Shown piece after piece: positions 22,603-35,022 of a stretch of 64,000 nucleotides of DNA (its first letter is position 1; each line of letters opens with the position of its first letter). Below the pieces are notes generated by a model, which was not told the DNA's origin, searched no databases, and saw only the letters and a program-made list of their open reading frames with translations. The translations under genes were made by a program, and so were the position numbers. The DNA comes from Alloascoidea hylecoeti. Taxonomy: Eukaryota. The stretch covers positions 186,001 to 250,000 of the forward strand of contig BCKZ01000002.1 in the NCBI GenBank assembly GCA_001600815.1, given 5' to 3'.

Positions 22603-23785
22603 ATGGACCCTAAGGTTAATGACTGTAGCTCAAAATTTAAACATTTAAGAAGAGTAGATAAGTTTGATTGCCTTAGGGAACATATCAAAGTTGTGAAGGT
22701 AAATCTTGGCTATCACTTGATTATTTTTATAAATTATACTAATATCTAAATCCCCATAAATTTAGGATTCAAGTCGCAAAACTATCCCATCAAATACTAA
22801 ACACTACTCAAATAAAATGTCAATATTTAGAGGCTTAAAAAGAAAAGCTGCCACACCTTTAAGTCCAAGCCAAACTCCAAATTCAAAGCATCCTGGCCAT
22901 GGCGCTTCAAAAAGTGTTTACTTTTATCCTTCCACTCCGCAATCAGAAAACACGCATCGAAAGTCTAAATCTACGTGTTTAAAATATGCCAATCTGACTC
23001 CAAAATCCAGTAGCAAAAAGGAGAGCCGGAATAAAAAGGCACTCTATGGTAATTTAGAGGATCCTGAGCGCTCAGCAAATATTGTATGTCTAAAGCCAGC
23101 AGTGGGAGTAGAGTTACTTTATACTTCAACTGAGAGATATGATCACAGGAAATCTCTATCTAGAAACGATTCTGTAAAGGCAGAAACCGATAGATCTAGA
23201 AACCCCAAAATAGATTCCCGCATTCCTACTCCTATAACTAAGAGTAGTAAAACTACCTCGAAAAGAGGACATTCTAAATCTACGTCCTGTGTAAAGAATA
23301 TAAGTATTCCCTCTTCAACTGTATATGATGATTCGATGGTATCACCCACCCCACGTTCACGACCCAGAGGATTGACACAATCAACAGGGCTCTCCACAGC
23401 TTCTACACTATACCCAGATGATCGTGATGAAATGGTATTATCAGGTAAATTCGAAAGATTAATAGAAAGAAAAATCACAGAAATTATCAGAGCAAAACTA
23501 GAATTTGAAGTTCCTCAAATGATTAACGAAATTGTCACTAAACAACTTTCAAAAATGATGACCACGGAACAAGCGCCTGAAACTATTGATGAATCTGAGT
23601 TGGATTGTGCACCAGATCCAGATCCTAATAATCCCAATAATGAATCCCAGGAAGTTTCCGAGGAATTGATAGGCGAACTAGATGATATTAATGTTCGTTT
23701 AAATACAGTCGAAGAAGCATATTCAATTCATCAAAAAGCACTTGATGCTATAATGGGAATGTTTGATAAGGTTCCATCCCAATAA
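22603..23785 (+). CDS. Hypothetical S/T-P-rich protein with C-terminal coiled coil (probably 2 exons)
   Basis: ORF 22817-23785 extends in frame through intron 22699-22765 (GTAAAT..TACTAAT..TAG) to ATG 22603. Confidence 0.6.
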
Positions 23786-24406
23786 ATTTTTTACTACAAA
23801 ATATTCAATAACTATTATTAGTTATAATCATTTACAACATTTATGAATAAGTTACTTGCATTCTCTTTTTTCTATTAAATATTTTACAAGTTCGTTGTCT
23901 TATTACTTTCGTTCTTTGTTTTCTTAGGCCCGTTTTTATTATTTTGCATCATTGTTTTTTACACCACTATATAGTTTTCAACTTTTTCTGAGCAGCTTAT
24001 TGGTATAAGATCTCATAGCACTAGTATGGAATGCTAGGTATATCGATATTATATAATTTTTTGTTATATTCAAAAGATTCAATACTTTCATTAATATTAA
24101 TATTATTAATAATATGTTTTCAGACTTTTGCTATAACTAATTATAGTATAAGTAGAAAGTTCATATTTTTATTATTTATATAAATAATCATATATAAAGC
24201 CAATATTTATTAATACCAACTTCTTTTCTTTCTTTAACTAATCTATAACATTTAGGTTGTGATATTGAATTATAATTATGGTTAAAGTTGATTTCCCTAC
24301 TTGCTTACAGGTCGCCATGACAACACATTATGTAAACAAACCTCCTTTTCTTTATTGTCAATGTCAATCCCTGCCAACTGTTTTCAGAAAAAAAAGGTTT
24401 AAAGCA

Positions 24407-25729
24407 ATGAGTTCCACAAATGAGAGAGGTGTACACCCATTACAACCCACTTCGAGACATAATCTTCCTGAAGCAATTTCTCCTCAGAAAGTAGGTAACA
24501 TAACTATCAATTGAATACAGTTTTAAAATAATTCGTGGTATAGCTAACATGATTATAACTAGCAGAATCCAAAACTTCGACGTCTTAAGATGAATTTAGG
24601 CCCAGCAGTTCGTATGTCACCCCATAAATCTATACGAAGCACTCCAAGACTTGATATCAATTCAACTCCTAGAAATGTTATTACACCATTTGGTAACACA
24701 CGTGATGGAAGCCCAAGTAATAGGAATAGAATCATCTTTTCGGTAGATAGAGCCAAGCAAGAACGTCCTTCAAATATAGAATTTACAGCTAGCTCATATC
24801 TAGCACCAAGAAGCGAGATAAGACCTTCTAATAGAGGTAATAATGGATTGGGTATTGAAATGGCTAGAACAAACCTACTTAGTCGATTACAAGCATCGGC
24901 TGATAAATCTCAAGGCAATACGAATAGTCCAAGTCGTCTTAATATTGGATCTCCTAGTAGGAGTCTTCAATATAAACCTCTTAAAAAAAGTTTCCCATTA
25001 AAATACACTCCTTTATCACCAATTAAAGGCAAAAGAAAACTATATTCACCAATAAAATTATCAGAACAAACAGCAGATTATGAAGAATCCTTTGAAGAAC
25101 TGACATCAGTTGTTGAGCCAGTAGATCCAATTACAAATATCTCAAAACCTAGTTTGTCTTCATCTTCAGATGTAGACGTGGTTACCATTAATAAAGAATC
25201 ACAACAAGGTAAAAAACATAAAGGAGTTACTTGGAATAATGAGGTCGATAAATATACCTTCAGTGATAATTCTAGATCAAAGATATTCACTCTTGATCAT
25301 GGTTCATCGAGCGTTCGAGCCCGGCCTTCCGATTCACTACAATCAATCTTATCACCGACTAAAAAAAGGAGGAACACTAATGGGAAATCATATTCAGCAG
25401 TAAATTTAAAAGACGCAAGCGCAAAGGTCAAATTTGGCTTAGATATGATGAAATCTCAATTAGCAGGGGCTAATGATTCCAATTGTAATACTATATTTGA
25501 GTTGGTGACACCTGATAACACAGTCCCCGAGTCTGCGTCTGCGTCTGCAATAACAGAGATAGCCGGTCTATCTAGTTCTGGACCAATTTCAAGCGGCGAT
25601 TCTGAAGAAAGAATTAATCAGATGGCGAAAAAGATTGATCAATTCATCACAAATCAACATCTAAAAATGGAAAAACTTGAAGAAAAAATGGATAAGATTT
25701 TAAATCTACTGCTATCAAATAATGAATAA
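24407..25729 (+). CDS. Putative Fin1-like CDK-site-rich PP1-docking coiled-coil protein (2 exons)
   Basis: Exon 24407-24490, intron 24491-24562 (GTAGGT..GCTAAC..TAG; NAGNAG alternative at 24565), exon to 25729; many S/T-P sites, KGVTW, C-terminal coiled coil. Confidence 0.6.
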
Positions 25730-26199
25730 ATTATAAATAACTCAAACAAGGGAACTAGACTGTTCGAAAAGTTGGTATTGATCAAATGTGATGTGTGTAA
25801 TATATTTATATTACCTAATAACAATGATAATGTCATAAAAGTGATATATCTTCAAATTTACAGATAAGCCTAACTCTGTCGTTATATATGCATATGAGTC
25901 TTTTATAATATGCATTTATGAACACACGGTGGCTCGGATAATTGTGGTCAGCCGTACGGGTTGATGCCTAGTTAAAACCAGGTCTCCAATTGTTTCCTTA
26001 CTACGAGCCCGGACTCGGTTCAGTTTTATGCACTTAACGGACCGCATCGGAAGAAATTTTCAATTTCAACTTAAACCTTATTATTATATAAAACCTTTCA
26101 TATCCTTATTTTATTTATGGTCAGCATCCCATTTTCAACTTCTTCTTTTTCACCAATATTTATTATATAAACGATAATACATTATCAAATCTTATATTA

Positions 26200-27246
26200 A
26201 TGATTTCCACCCTAAAATCCCCTTTACTTGATACTGTAAAATCAATATCTTCTTCTAAAATATGTATGAATTTGCTGAAATCTATAAATATAGCATCGCA
26301 CTCCGAAGATTTTAATATCCCTCAGAATGCAAATACATCAACCCTCGACTCAAGCTTAAACACGCCATTTGTACAACAATCATATCCTTCTTCATATGAT
26401 AAATTAAAACTTAATTTCGCATATTCAAAATATGCCCATCATGAGAAATGCAGCGCTACATTGAGAAATAAAGCTGCTAAAGCCTTTGGAACCATCCCTG
26501 AAATAACATCAACAGGTGATGATGCTTTATTTGTTTCAGATAATTTAATGGGTATAGCTGATGGCGTCACTGGTTGGAGTGCTGTCGAAAATGGAAATGC
26601 CTCACTTTGGGCTCGTTCATTTTTACAAAGATCTTTTCAATACATTTCTGATGATTTAGACAAAAGTAATTTGGATTATTTGGCTATGAGTATCGATTTG
26701 GCATACAAGGATGTTAGACAATTTATGGATGCCAATGACATCCAAGGTTCTTCAACTTTACTATTGGCGTCTATTGCCGAAAATAGATTACATGTTGCAA
26801 GCATCGGTGATAGTAGAATTTGGATTATTAGAGATGGTCAAATCATTCTAGCAAATGATGAACATCATGATGTTGATGGTTGTCCAAGACAGGTTGGTAC
26901 AAATACAAACACGAATATTCAACCGTCAATGCTATCAGAATTTAAATCTTTTGAACTAAAACCAAATGATTTAATTGTAATGTCCTCTGATGGTCTTGCT
27001 GATAATCTATGGCCTGATGAAATTGTTAAATCAGCCTTGACTGGCTTAGAAAAGTTTGGAAATTTACAAGGGGTTGCTGATAGACTACTATATGATGCCC
27101 AAGATACAGCGTTTGATAATTATGCCGTTACACCATACAGCGAAAGAGCAAATGCTTTACCTTTTAATAAAAGCTCCTTGATTACAGGTGGTAAAGTTGA
27201 CGATGTTTCTATTTGTGTTGCAAAGGTTGAACCTGCTCAATATTAA
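26200..27246 (+). CDS. PP2C phosphatase, Ptc7-like
   Basis: GDDA, ADGVTGW, SST, IGDS, SDGLADNL, GGKVDD motifs. Confidence 0.9.
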   Translation: MISTLKSPLLDTVKSISSSKICMNLLKSINIASHSEDFNIPQNANTSTLDSSLNTPFVQQSYPSSYDKLKLNFAYSKYAHHEKCSATLRNKAAKAFGTIPEITSTGDDALFVSDNLMGIADGVTGWSAVENGNASLWARSFLQRSFQYISDDLDKSNLDYLAMSIDLAYKDVRQFMDANDIQGSSTLLLASIAENRLHVASIGDSRIWIIRDGQIILANDEHHDVDGCPRQVGTNTNTNIQPSMLSEFKSFELKPNDLIVMSSDGLADNLWPDEIVKSALTGLEKFGNLQGVADRLLYDAQDTAFDNYAVTPYSERANALPFNKSSLITGGKVDDVSICVAKVEPAQY

Positions 27247-27597
27247 CATTCCTATCATTATCACTTATTATTTATTATAACATATCATTATCACTTATTT
27301 ATTATGATCATTAGTATCATTTACACATTATTAATATTACATATTCATTCATTTTTGTTACTATTTATTAACTTACTTACTTATTCATTATTTTTCATTT
27401 GTTTTAAATTTTATTCGTTTTATAGATATTAGATATATAGAAGGTTGTTTGATTTTACTTGTTTTAGATATAATAGAATATTTCTGTTGTGCATTTATTA
27501 TTTTTGATCACATGATGATATGTTGAATGAAGTGTCATCATCTCTCTCTTCTGCTTCTTCTTTCGACCATCTCTTAATTGTCAATTACTAATTTATC

Positions 27598-28915
27598 ATG
27601 GCCTCAAAAGCAGTTATTATCGTATGTCAATTAGAATTAACTTAACCTACTCAATTTCTCTTTTATTGGTGAGTGGACTTCAGATCTAACATCTTCACTC
27701 TAGGTAGGAGGTGATACTACAGGAACACGTTTTCGTCCCCTCAGTCTGGACATTCCTAAAGTCCTTTTCCCAGTTGGAGGTAAACCACTTTTATCTCATG
27801 CTATCGATGCTGTTGCTGCTGTTCCAACAATGAAGGAAATCCTTCTTATTGGCTTTTATGACGATCGTGTATTCAGTCAATTCGTCGCGGGTGTTCGTCG
27901 TCAATATCCTGATATTTCAATTAAGTACCTGAGAGAATATCATGCAATGGGTACAGCTGGTGGTTTATACCATTTCAGAGATGTTATTTTACGTGGCCAT
28001 CCAAAGAGATTTTTCGTTATTCATGCTGACGTCATTAGCTCTTTCCCATTGAACGAATTAAATGAATTCTTCGATGAGAAAAAGGCCAGTGCTGTTATTT
28101 ATGGTGCAAGAGTTCCATATGAGGTTGTTTCAAATTATGGTGCAATTGTCATAAATGATCAAAAAAGAGTAATTCATTATGTTGAAAGGCCTGAATCAAA
28201 AATCTCAAATCTAATCAATGCCGGTATTTACTTATTTGATGATAAGATATTTAATATTTTAAGTCAAACTAAAACTGAAAAGGAATTAAAGTCAAATACT
28301 TTTTCTTATGAAGATGAAGATACAGAATCTGATATTTTGAGATTGGAAGACATTTTAGTAAAATTACCAGAAACTGGTTCTTTCTATGCCTATGATTCAA
28401 AAGACTTTTTCAGACAAGTTAAAGCTGCTGCTTCTGCTTTACCAGCAAATGCTTTGTATTTACAAAAATTATACAAAACAAATAGACATGCTGATGGTTT
28501 AGCCCATGCTTCGACTAACATTGTGCCTCCCGTTTACATTAACCCTTCTGCAACAGTTGACCCTACTGCTAAATTAGGTCCCAATGTTACAATCAGCGCT
28601 GGTTGCAAAATCGGAAAAGGTGTAAGAATTAAGGACAGTATTATTTTATCAGATGTTGAAATTAAACATGATGCTGCAGTTTTACACAGTATTGTATCGA
28701 TTTCTAGTAAAATCGGTGCTTGGGCTCGAATTGAAGGGACCCCAATTTCCTTAGATCAACACGATACTTTCACAATCAAAGACGGTGTTAAAGTTAGAAG
28801 TGCAACAATTCTTGGATCTCATGTTAATGTTTCTGATGAAGTTCATGTTCAAAATACAGTTGTTCTACCCCACAAGGACATCAAAAGTGACGTTGAGAAC
28901 GATGTTATTATGTAA
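27598..28915 (+). CDS. PSA2: Mannose-1-phosphate guanylyltransferase regulatory/alpha-like subunit (GMPPA/Psa2; 2 exons)
   Basis: Exons 27598-27621, 27704-28915; VGG..TGTRFRPLSLDIPKVLFPV, GTAGGLYHFRD, C-terminal left-handed beta-helix. Confidence 0.9.
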
Positions 28916-29111
28916 TATTTATATATCATGAATAAATAAATAAATAAATAAATAAATAAAAATATTATTTGATTTAAATATAAATTTCTCCATAAACCCT
29001 AAAAATAATTTATAGCTAATTAATATATTCGAGATATAGACACGTGATCTGATACTCCTTAACGAATAATTATATTTCATCAAATTTACACCACACATAA
29101 GCTTTTAAATT

Positions 29112-29954
29112 ATGCCTCCTAAAGGTTGGAGAAAATACCAAGATGGATTCAAAGCTGCTCCAGGTGCCCCGAGTAATGTTGAAGATGAAAAGTTCATTAT
29201 TGATGTAAGACGATGTCCACGAACGTTTTATGAAAGAAAACACTATAGTCATCGCTAAAATAAAATTATAGGATATACTCTTTCCAAGAAAAACTTTATT
29301 AAAGTTAACAAAGGAATCATTAAACGAAGGAGACCAATTATCTAAAGATTCATTGTTAGTCGTTCAGAGAAGTGCTACGAGCTTCATCACACATATTATG
29401 GATCTGTAAGTATTGACAGGAAAAAAACATAACCTATATAACTTATGGTCAACTAATTGATTCTCATCACAAGAGCTTTATCCCTTGCGACTGATGATGA
29501 AAGGCAAGTCGTGACTTCCAATGATGTTTCACGGGCATTATCAAAGGCTGGTTTTGAAGAATTTGTTCCCGTTGTGGATCAACAACTACAAAGTATATAA
29601 GCTCATTACTACAAATGGGACAATTTTCAATTTTAAACTTGCGAGTTAAAACTAACAAACACCAAACAAATAGATATCAGAGAAACAATGAACCGGAAGA
29701 AAGCCACACGAAGACAAACCTATAATAATCCAAATCAGAAGAGTCAACCACCTCAAGATCTTCAGTTTATACCGGTTCAAATGTCATCATTAGTGGCAAA
29801 CACAATCACAAGCACCGCCCATCATACAAACAATCGGAGTTCGTATCTATAACACCTTCTCTTTTTTTGTTCTCGTTTTTATTTATTGAATACTAACAAC
29901 TTTATTCAAACAGACCAGGGTGATAGGAATAATAAAGAAAATATTATTATCTAA
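29112..29954 (+). CDS. DPB4: Histone-fold subunit Dpb4 of DNA Pol epsilon/ISW2 (5 exons; not in ORF track)
   Basis: Exons 29112-29204, 29272-29405, 29474-29592, 29674-29838, 29914-29954: MPPKGWRK...DILFPRKTLLKL...SKDSLLVVQRSATSFITHI...DVSRALSKAGFEEF; last exon least certain. Confidence 0.88.
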
Positions 29955-30408
29955 AATAACATAGCGATAGTCATATTTCAGCTTCCTAAAAAAAAAAAAA
30001 TCAGATGCTGGCACTCATTCCGTTTGTAACAATTGCAAGTTGAAATTTAGCATAGACTTAATTATAAGTTCTTGAAAATAAAAATAATAACTTCATTGAC
30101 CACATAGTAATAATTTTATTCATATAGACCAATTATTAGTTACTCGTTCTCATCTTTCGTCGTTGCGTTCAGCAGAGTATCTATATTTATAGTAATGTAT
30201 TTAATAGAAGATGTTTTCACTAAATCTTTAATTTTCACCACACCACGCTTTGTCCAATGAATGCAGTTCGATAATTATGCCCAACGACTATTTAACTTTC
30301 ACCCATCCTTAGAAATTCATCTGGAAAAAATCATTATTTAAAACTCGGTACATCAACGAGTCAACCTTCTTTTCCTATTCATATTTGACTTAAGTTAACC
30401 CAATCACA

Positions 30409-31770
30409 ATGTTGTCTTTTGGCTCTAATATGGTACGATCTGGCTCCAATTCAGGCTCTGGTATTCGAGTTGGTCTTCGATCACAATTAAAACCACATCA
30501 ACAGCAACAACGAAAGGTTTTGTTCAGTAGACGACTACATGGAGCAGCCGAACACCCTTTAAAGGCGGGATTTGCCTCGACTGGTTTGGTCTCATTGGTG
30601 GGTCTTGGTGCTGCTTTAATTGGTGGCTACTACCTATTCGATGCCAGATCGGCATTCCATGAATACATTGCAACTCCAGTGTGTAGACTAGTAACAGATG
30701 CCGAAACAAGTCATAAAATTGCTGTCAAGCTGATGAAATTTGGTGCTTTCCCAAGATTATATGAAGATATTGATGATCCAATCCTAGAAATGGATGTTTT
30801 TGGTAAAAAATTGAGCAATCCTATCGGTATTGCTGCTGGTCTGGATAAAGATGCCGAAGCTATAGATGGTTTATTCAGTATTGGCTTTGGTTATGTTGAG
30901 GTTGGATCTGTTACTCCAGAACCTCAAGCAGGCAATCCATCTCCTCGGGTCTTTAGATTACCTAAAGATAAAGCTGTTATTAATCGGTATGGCTTCAATT
31001 CAATTGGCCATTTCGCTGTCATGACAAATTTACGATTACGATTGGAAAAATGGATCCAAAAGAATAATACTGAGCCAACATCCAATGCTTTATTAAAGAA
31101 CAAAATTTTAGCTGTCAACCTAGGTAAAAATAAGACAGGCGATGAAGTAAATGACTATGTATTGGGTGTTCAAAGATTAGGTCCTCTGGCTGATGTTCTA
31201 GTAATCAATGTTTCTAGTCCAAATACACCGGGTCTCCGTAGTTTACAACAGGAATCAAAACTGACCAATTTGTTAACAACAGTTGTTGCCGAACGTGATG
31301 GTTTGACTGGTACTAAGCCACCTGTATTAGTTAAAATTGCACCAGATTTAACTGAACCTGAAATCGAATCAATTGCAAATGCCGTCAAGAAATCAAAAAT
31401 AGATGGTGTTATTGTTTCTAATACAACTATATCTAGACCCGTTGAAACCATGCGTACTCCAAGAATTGGTGTTATCAATGAAGTTGGAGGTTTATCAGGC
31501 CCTCCAGTGAAACCCTTAGCTCTAAAGGCAATACGTACTTTACGCAAATACACAAAGGATTCAGATATTGTTCTTGTTGGATGTGGTGGAATTAGTAATG
31601 GTAAAGATGCCATTGAATTTGCAAAAGCTGGTGCTTCATTTGTTCAATTATATACTGCTTTTGCATATCATGGACCAGCATTAGGTGCTAAGATTAAGGA
31701 GCAAGTTACAGCAGAATTGAAAAAAGAAGGTAAGACATGGAAAGAAATCATTGGAACTGAAAAATTATAA
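30409..31770 (+). CDS. URA9: Mitochondrial class-2 dihydroorotate dehydrogenase
   Basis: Presequence plus [34 protein letters not shown]. Confidence 0.95.
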   Translation: MLSFGSNMVRSGSNSGSGIRVGLRSQLKPHQQQQRKVLFSRRLHGAAEHPLKAGFASTGLVSLVGLGAALIGGYYLFDARSAFHEYIATPVCRLVTDAETSHKIAVKLMKFGAFPRLYEDIDDPILEMDVFGKKLSNPIGIAAGLDKDAEAIDGLFSIGFGYVEVGSVTPEPQAGNPSPRVFRLPKDKAVINRYGFNSIGHFAVMTNLRLRLEKWIQKNNTEPTSNALLKNKILAVNLGKNKTGDEVNDYVLGVQRLGPLADVLVINVSSPNTPGLRSLQQESKLTNLLTTVVAERDGLTGTKPPVLVKIAPDLTEPEIESIANAVKKSKIDGVIVSNTTISRPVETMRTPRIGVINEVGGLSGPPVKPLALKAIRTLRKYTKDSDIVLVGCGGISNGKDAIEFAKAGASFVQLYTAFAYHGPALGAKIKEQVTAELKKEGKTWKEIIGTEKL

Positions 31771-31926
31771 GAACACAACAAAGTAAAATCACGATATTAT
31801 ATATGAGATCATAGGCTCGCTTCTAAAAACGACAAAATAACAGACAAGATACGAACTTTTGATCATTTTATAATTAGCTATCTTATAGAACTATAAGTTA
31901 TATACATGATAATAATTTCAAACAAA

Positions 31927-32934
31927 TCAGTAAAACCAAGAAACTAGGCCATAGATAACAACGATAACTGATAAGTCGGTGAGAAAAGTTTTCAAAATCT
32001 CAATGTATTTTACAGACAATAGCAAGAGATTTCTCCATTTAGGAGGTAAAGGTAAGAATGACGTTACTTTAGTTATTATAGAATTGTGCGCCTTACTTTT
32101 CTTCAATAAGAAGAATCGACCCGTTTGCAATATAATTTCAATGGTTGCAAAATAACTGAGAAAATATGGTGTTACTGTGATCATACCATTTGATCTACCA
32201 GCTTGATATTGTGATGGTTTAAGAGATAATGAATATAAACTAAAAATAGTGAGAAGAGTCATTGAAACAAGATGAACTGCTGTCCATTTTGCGAATGTCC
32301 TCTTTTGCTCCCATTCTTCAAGCAAAATCGTATATGGAGTTTTATCCTGTATATTCTCACTCTGATTTTCAACACTAGAGCTCATTCCTTCAAACTTTTC
32401 CTGAAACTTGGAAAAATCAAGAGGGAAGTTGCTGAACGTATCATCTAGCGCACCATTTACCGTATTAGAATTGAATTGTTGATGTTCATGATGGGAACTC
32501 ATATTTTTGAGCAGCTGTTGCAATTCATCCAATTCTTGAGTTCTTTGGTATTGATTATTGAGATGTGAAATATTCGAGATATCTATGTCATCTGGATCAT
32601 CTTCATGGGGTTTCAAAGACGTAGCAGTAAAAGGGGTTGTAGAGGAAGTTTCCTTATCAGAAGGTGAGCTAAAAGCGGAACCACTGGTAGAGGTAGGAGT
32701 GCCTGGGCCTCCATTTATCTTATTCACATTAGATGCATTTTCAATGTCCGTGCCGGTGGCGGTGATAGTGACGTTTTGTTCTTCAGCTTCTGGTTTCTTT
32801 TCAGGTTCTTTATAAGTTCCCACTATTTTCCCTATACGAACATCTCCTTGTGTATTGAACTTGGCCGCTCTTCTCTCTCTAAGAAGTTTTCGCTTTTGAG
32901 CAGGTGTAAGTGTGGATATATCAATCTCAGACAT
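31927..32934 (-). CDS. GET2: GET complex subunit Get2
   Basis: N-terminal KRKLLRERRAAKF motif, disordered middle, three C-terminal TMs. Confidence 0.85.
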   Translation of the reverse strand: MSEIDISTLTPAQKRKLLRERRAAKFNTQGDVRIGKIVGTYKEPEKKPEAEEQNVTITATGTDIENASNVNKINGGPGTPTSTSGSAFSSPSDKETSSTTPFTATSLKPHEDDPDDIDISNISHLNNQYQRTQELDELQQLLKNMSSHHEHQQFNSNTVNGALDDTFSNFPLDFSKFQEKFEGMSSSVENQSENIQDKTPYTILLEEWEQKRTFAKWTAVHLVSMTLLTIFSLYSLSLKPSQYQAGRSNGMITVTPYFLSYFATIEIILQTGRFFLLKKSKAHNSIITKVTSFLPLPPKWRNLLLLSVKYIEILKTFLTDLSVIVVIYGLVSWFY

Positions 32935-33054
32935 TGTTAAGGTGAAAAAAAATTAGAACAATGATTTTCTGTAAATAACTTAGATTTATGTGCGTTAGAA
33001 GTCCTGGTGTTATACCAGTTGCAAACCAACATCTCATAGGAAAACGCACGCTAA

Positions 33055-33345
33055 ATGGATATCGATAAAGATAACACAACTGTGATTTGGCCTGATAGAT
33101 ATACAGACCAAGGTGATCTAGAAAAGCAGCGCAAACTTCAACTTATATCAAACACTCTTGAGAAGCAAGATTTTGTATTACTGCAATCATTGTCACACGA
33201 AACGAAGGAAGTTTCAACCCCTTATGATCGATCGAATCATTCTACAACAAAGAATATACGGGTTGCCGGAAGTGGAGAGCCTATCACTATGGCTGAAATG
33301 AGACACATCCTGAAGACGAAACTTGTTGAAAGTTTAAGAGAATAA
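33055..33345 (+). CDS. Small hypothetical protein (96 aa)
   Basis: ATG-initiated ORF filling the gap between GET2 and the kinase; protein-like composition; no family recognised. Confidence 0.55.
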   Translation: MDIDKDNTTVIWPDRYTDQGDLEKQRKLQLISNTLEKQDFVLLQSLSHETKEVSTPYDRSNHSTTKNIRVAGSGEPITMAEMRHILKTKLVESLRE

Positions 33346-33416
33346 ATTATTTAACATTAATATTTCTATTGATTATACAAATACAACAATAAATAGCAGG
33401 ATATCTAATTGTCCCT

Positions 33417-34820
33417 TTATGCAATCGGTTCATTACACAAGTTTAATTTGTTCAAATGTAAATAAACATCGGTCCCATAGCTTTCTAGACTAATTAATTG
33501 AACATCACCACCAAAATATCTTGCATATAGCCTACTAATTGGTAAGCCATATCCAAAACCTGCCATAGGTGCACCCATCATAGTTTGATTGAAATCTGGT
33601 TCTAAATCAGGTGTTTGTTCCACAGTTGTGAATAAATAATTCCAAACGTTTGGAATATTACTTCTTGCAATACCGCCACCTTGATCAGAAATCTTAATTG
33701 TAATATCTTCTTTACCATCTGCAACAATTACCTTTATTGGAGGATAGTCTACTGTGTCATGTGAATCTGTACCATATAACTCGACCGTTGCTCTTAAAGA
33801 GTTCTTAACTATCTCAAAAATCATATGGTTTAAATGGGCCGGAATATACATCATCTGTAAACTAGGGTCACATATTAACTCCACTTTTGGCGCGTCAAAT
33901 AAACCATACCAGTCCTCACAAACATGACGTGCTAATTCAATTGCTCCTTCAGCTACATCTTTGATGTGGGTTTTGGCACTGATGATCCCAATGTATCCAT
34001 CCTCCACTAGTTTTTTCACGTGGCTTGCGGGGAGTTTACCTGTCCCGATAGCACATAGTTCCACATGCTGGCTAATAAGTATTCTAATTCCTATTCTTGA
34101 AGTGTAAAATCTATCCAGGAAAGCTTGAATTGTTCTCTCCATTTCTGGATTTATTGATTTATTTGGTTGATTTTTGTATTCTCTAACACCCATGGCTACC
34201 GTTGGAACAACAGCATCGTGTCTCTTTCTAACCTGAGTTAACAATTCAGCATAAGCAGAATTATATTCTAATACTTCTTCCGGCCATTCTGAATTTACAG
34301 TTGGCGAATGACTATGCATCATATTTGCAATGGTTCCCAAGAGTCCCTTCTTCTTCGTATTATGATTGATATTGTTATCATTTTTGGTCTCCTTACCTGT
34401 AGTACCCCTTTTATTGATATCTTCTAATAATAAAGTGAAGTCCTGTTTCAATAATGATTTTGGATCCGTTTCCAAAACACCTTGTATGGCATTTGACGAG
34501 GCAGCCAGTAATTGCGATTTGAGGTCTGGGGTAATTAATCGTCCATATTTGTTTTCATTGAATCCTAGGATTTCTTCAAAACTTTCTTCATACCATCTTT
34601 TTACCTTTTTGATTGGAGCCATTTCAGCCAATCCGTCTGGTAAAGTTTGTAAATCTATGACTCTTTGGGCTAAGCGAATTGGCAGCTCATCGGACAAAAA
34701 GAGAGCAGACCGGTATAATTGCGGAAGAGACGGTTTCCGACCATAACTTGCCATTTGCGGCAGTGAAAGAGGATTGGTTGTGAACCGAGCATAATGCGCT
34801 ATTTTGGCCTTCAGTGACAT
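33417..34820 (-). CDS. Mitochondrial pyruvate/branched-chain ketoacid dehydrogenase kinase
   Basis: ELPIRLA, FLDRFYTSRIGIR, FEIVKNSLRAT, ISDQGGGI, GFGYGLPISRLYARYFGG. Confidence 0.92.
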   Translation of the reverse strand: MSLKAKIAHYARFTTNPLSLPQMASYGRKPSLPQLYRSALFLSDELPIRLAQRVIDLQTLPDGLAEMAPIKKVKRWYEESFEEILGFNENKYGRLITPDLKSQLLAASSNAIQGVLETDPKSLLKQDFTLLLEDINKRGTTGKETKNDNNINHNTKKKGLLGTIANMMHSHSPTVNSEWPEEVLEYNSAYAELLTQVRKRHDAVVPTVAMGVREYKNQPNKSINPEMERTIQAFLDRFYTSRIGIRILISQHVELCAIGTGKLPASHVKKLVEDGYIGIISAKTHIKDVAEGAIELARHVCEDWYGLFDAPKVELICDPSLQMMYIPAHLNHMIFEIVKNSLRATVELYGTDSHDTVDYPPIKVIVADGKEDITIKISDQGGGIARSNIPNVWNYLFTTVEQTPDLEPDFNQTMMGAPMAGFGYGLPISRLYARYFGGDVQLISLESYGTDVYLHLNKLNLCNEPIA

Positions 34821-34954
34821 ATTTCAAAACGCAAACAACTGGCAATTAAATATATATTTTTACGTATGTACTTGGATTTATATTGATAACAGTACTCCGG
34901 AGGTTTGTACAAGAAGCGTCCGGTATAACACCCACACACTCTGTCAAAGCCCAT

Positions 34955-34961
34955 CCAATCA
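34955..34961. promoter_or_regulatory. CCAAT (Hap complex) box upstream of the complex I subunit gene
   Basis: CCAATCA ~60 bp upstream of ATG 35023. Confidence 0.4.
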
Positions 34962-35022
34962 GACGGGTCTGTTTTTTCTTACATGCTAAAGAGAAAGAAT
35001 TGAACACACGTTAGCCTTCATA

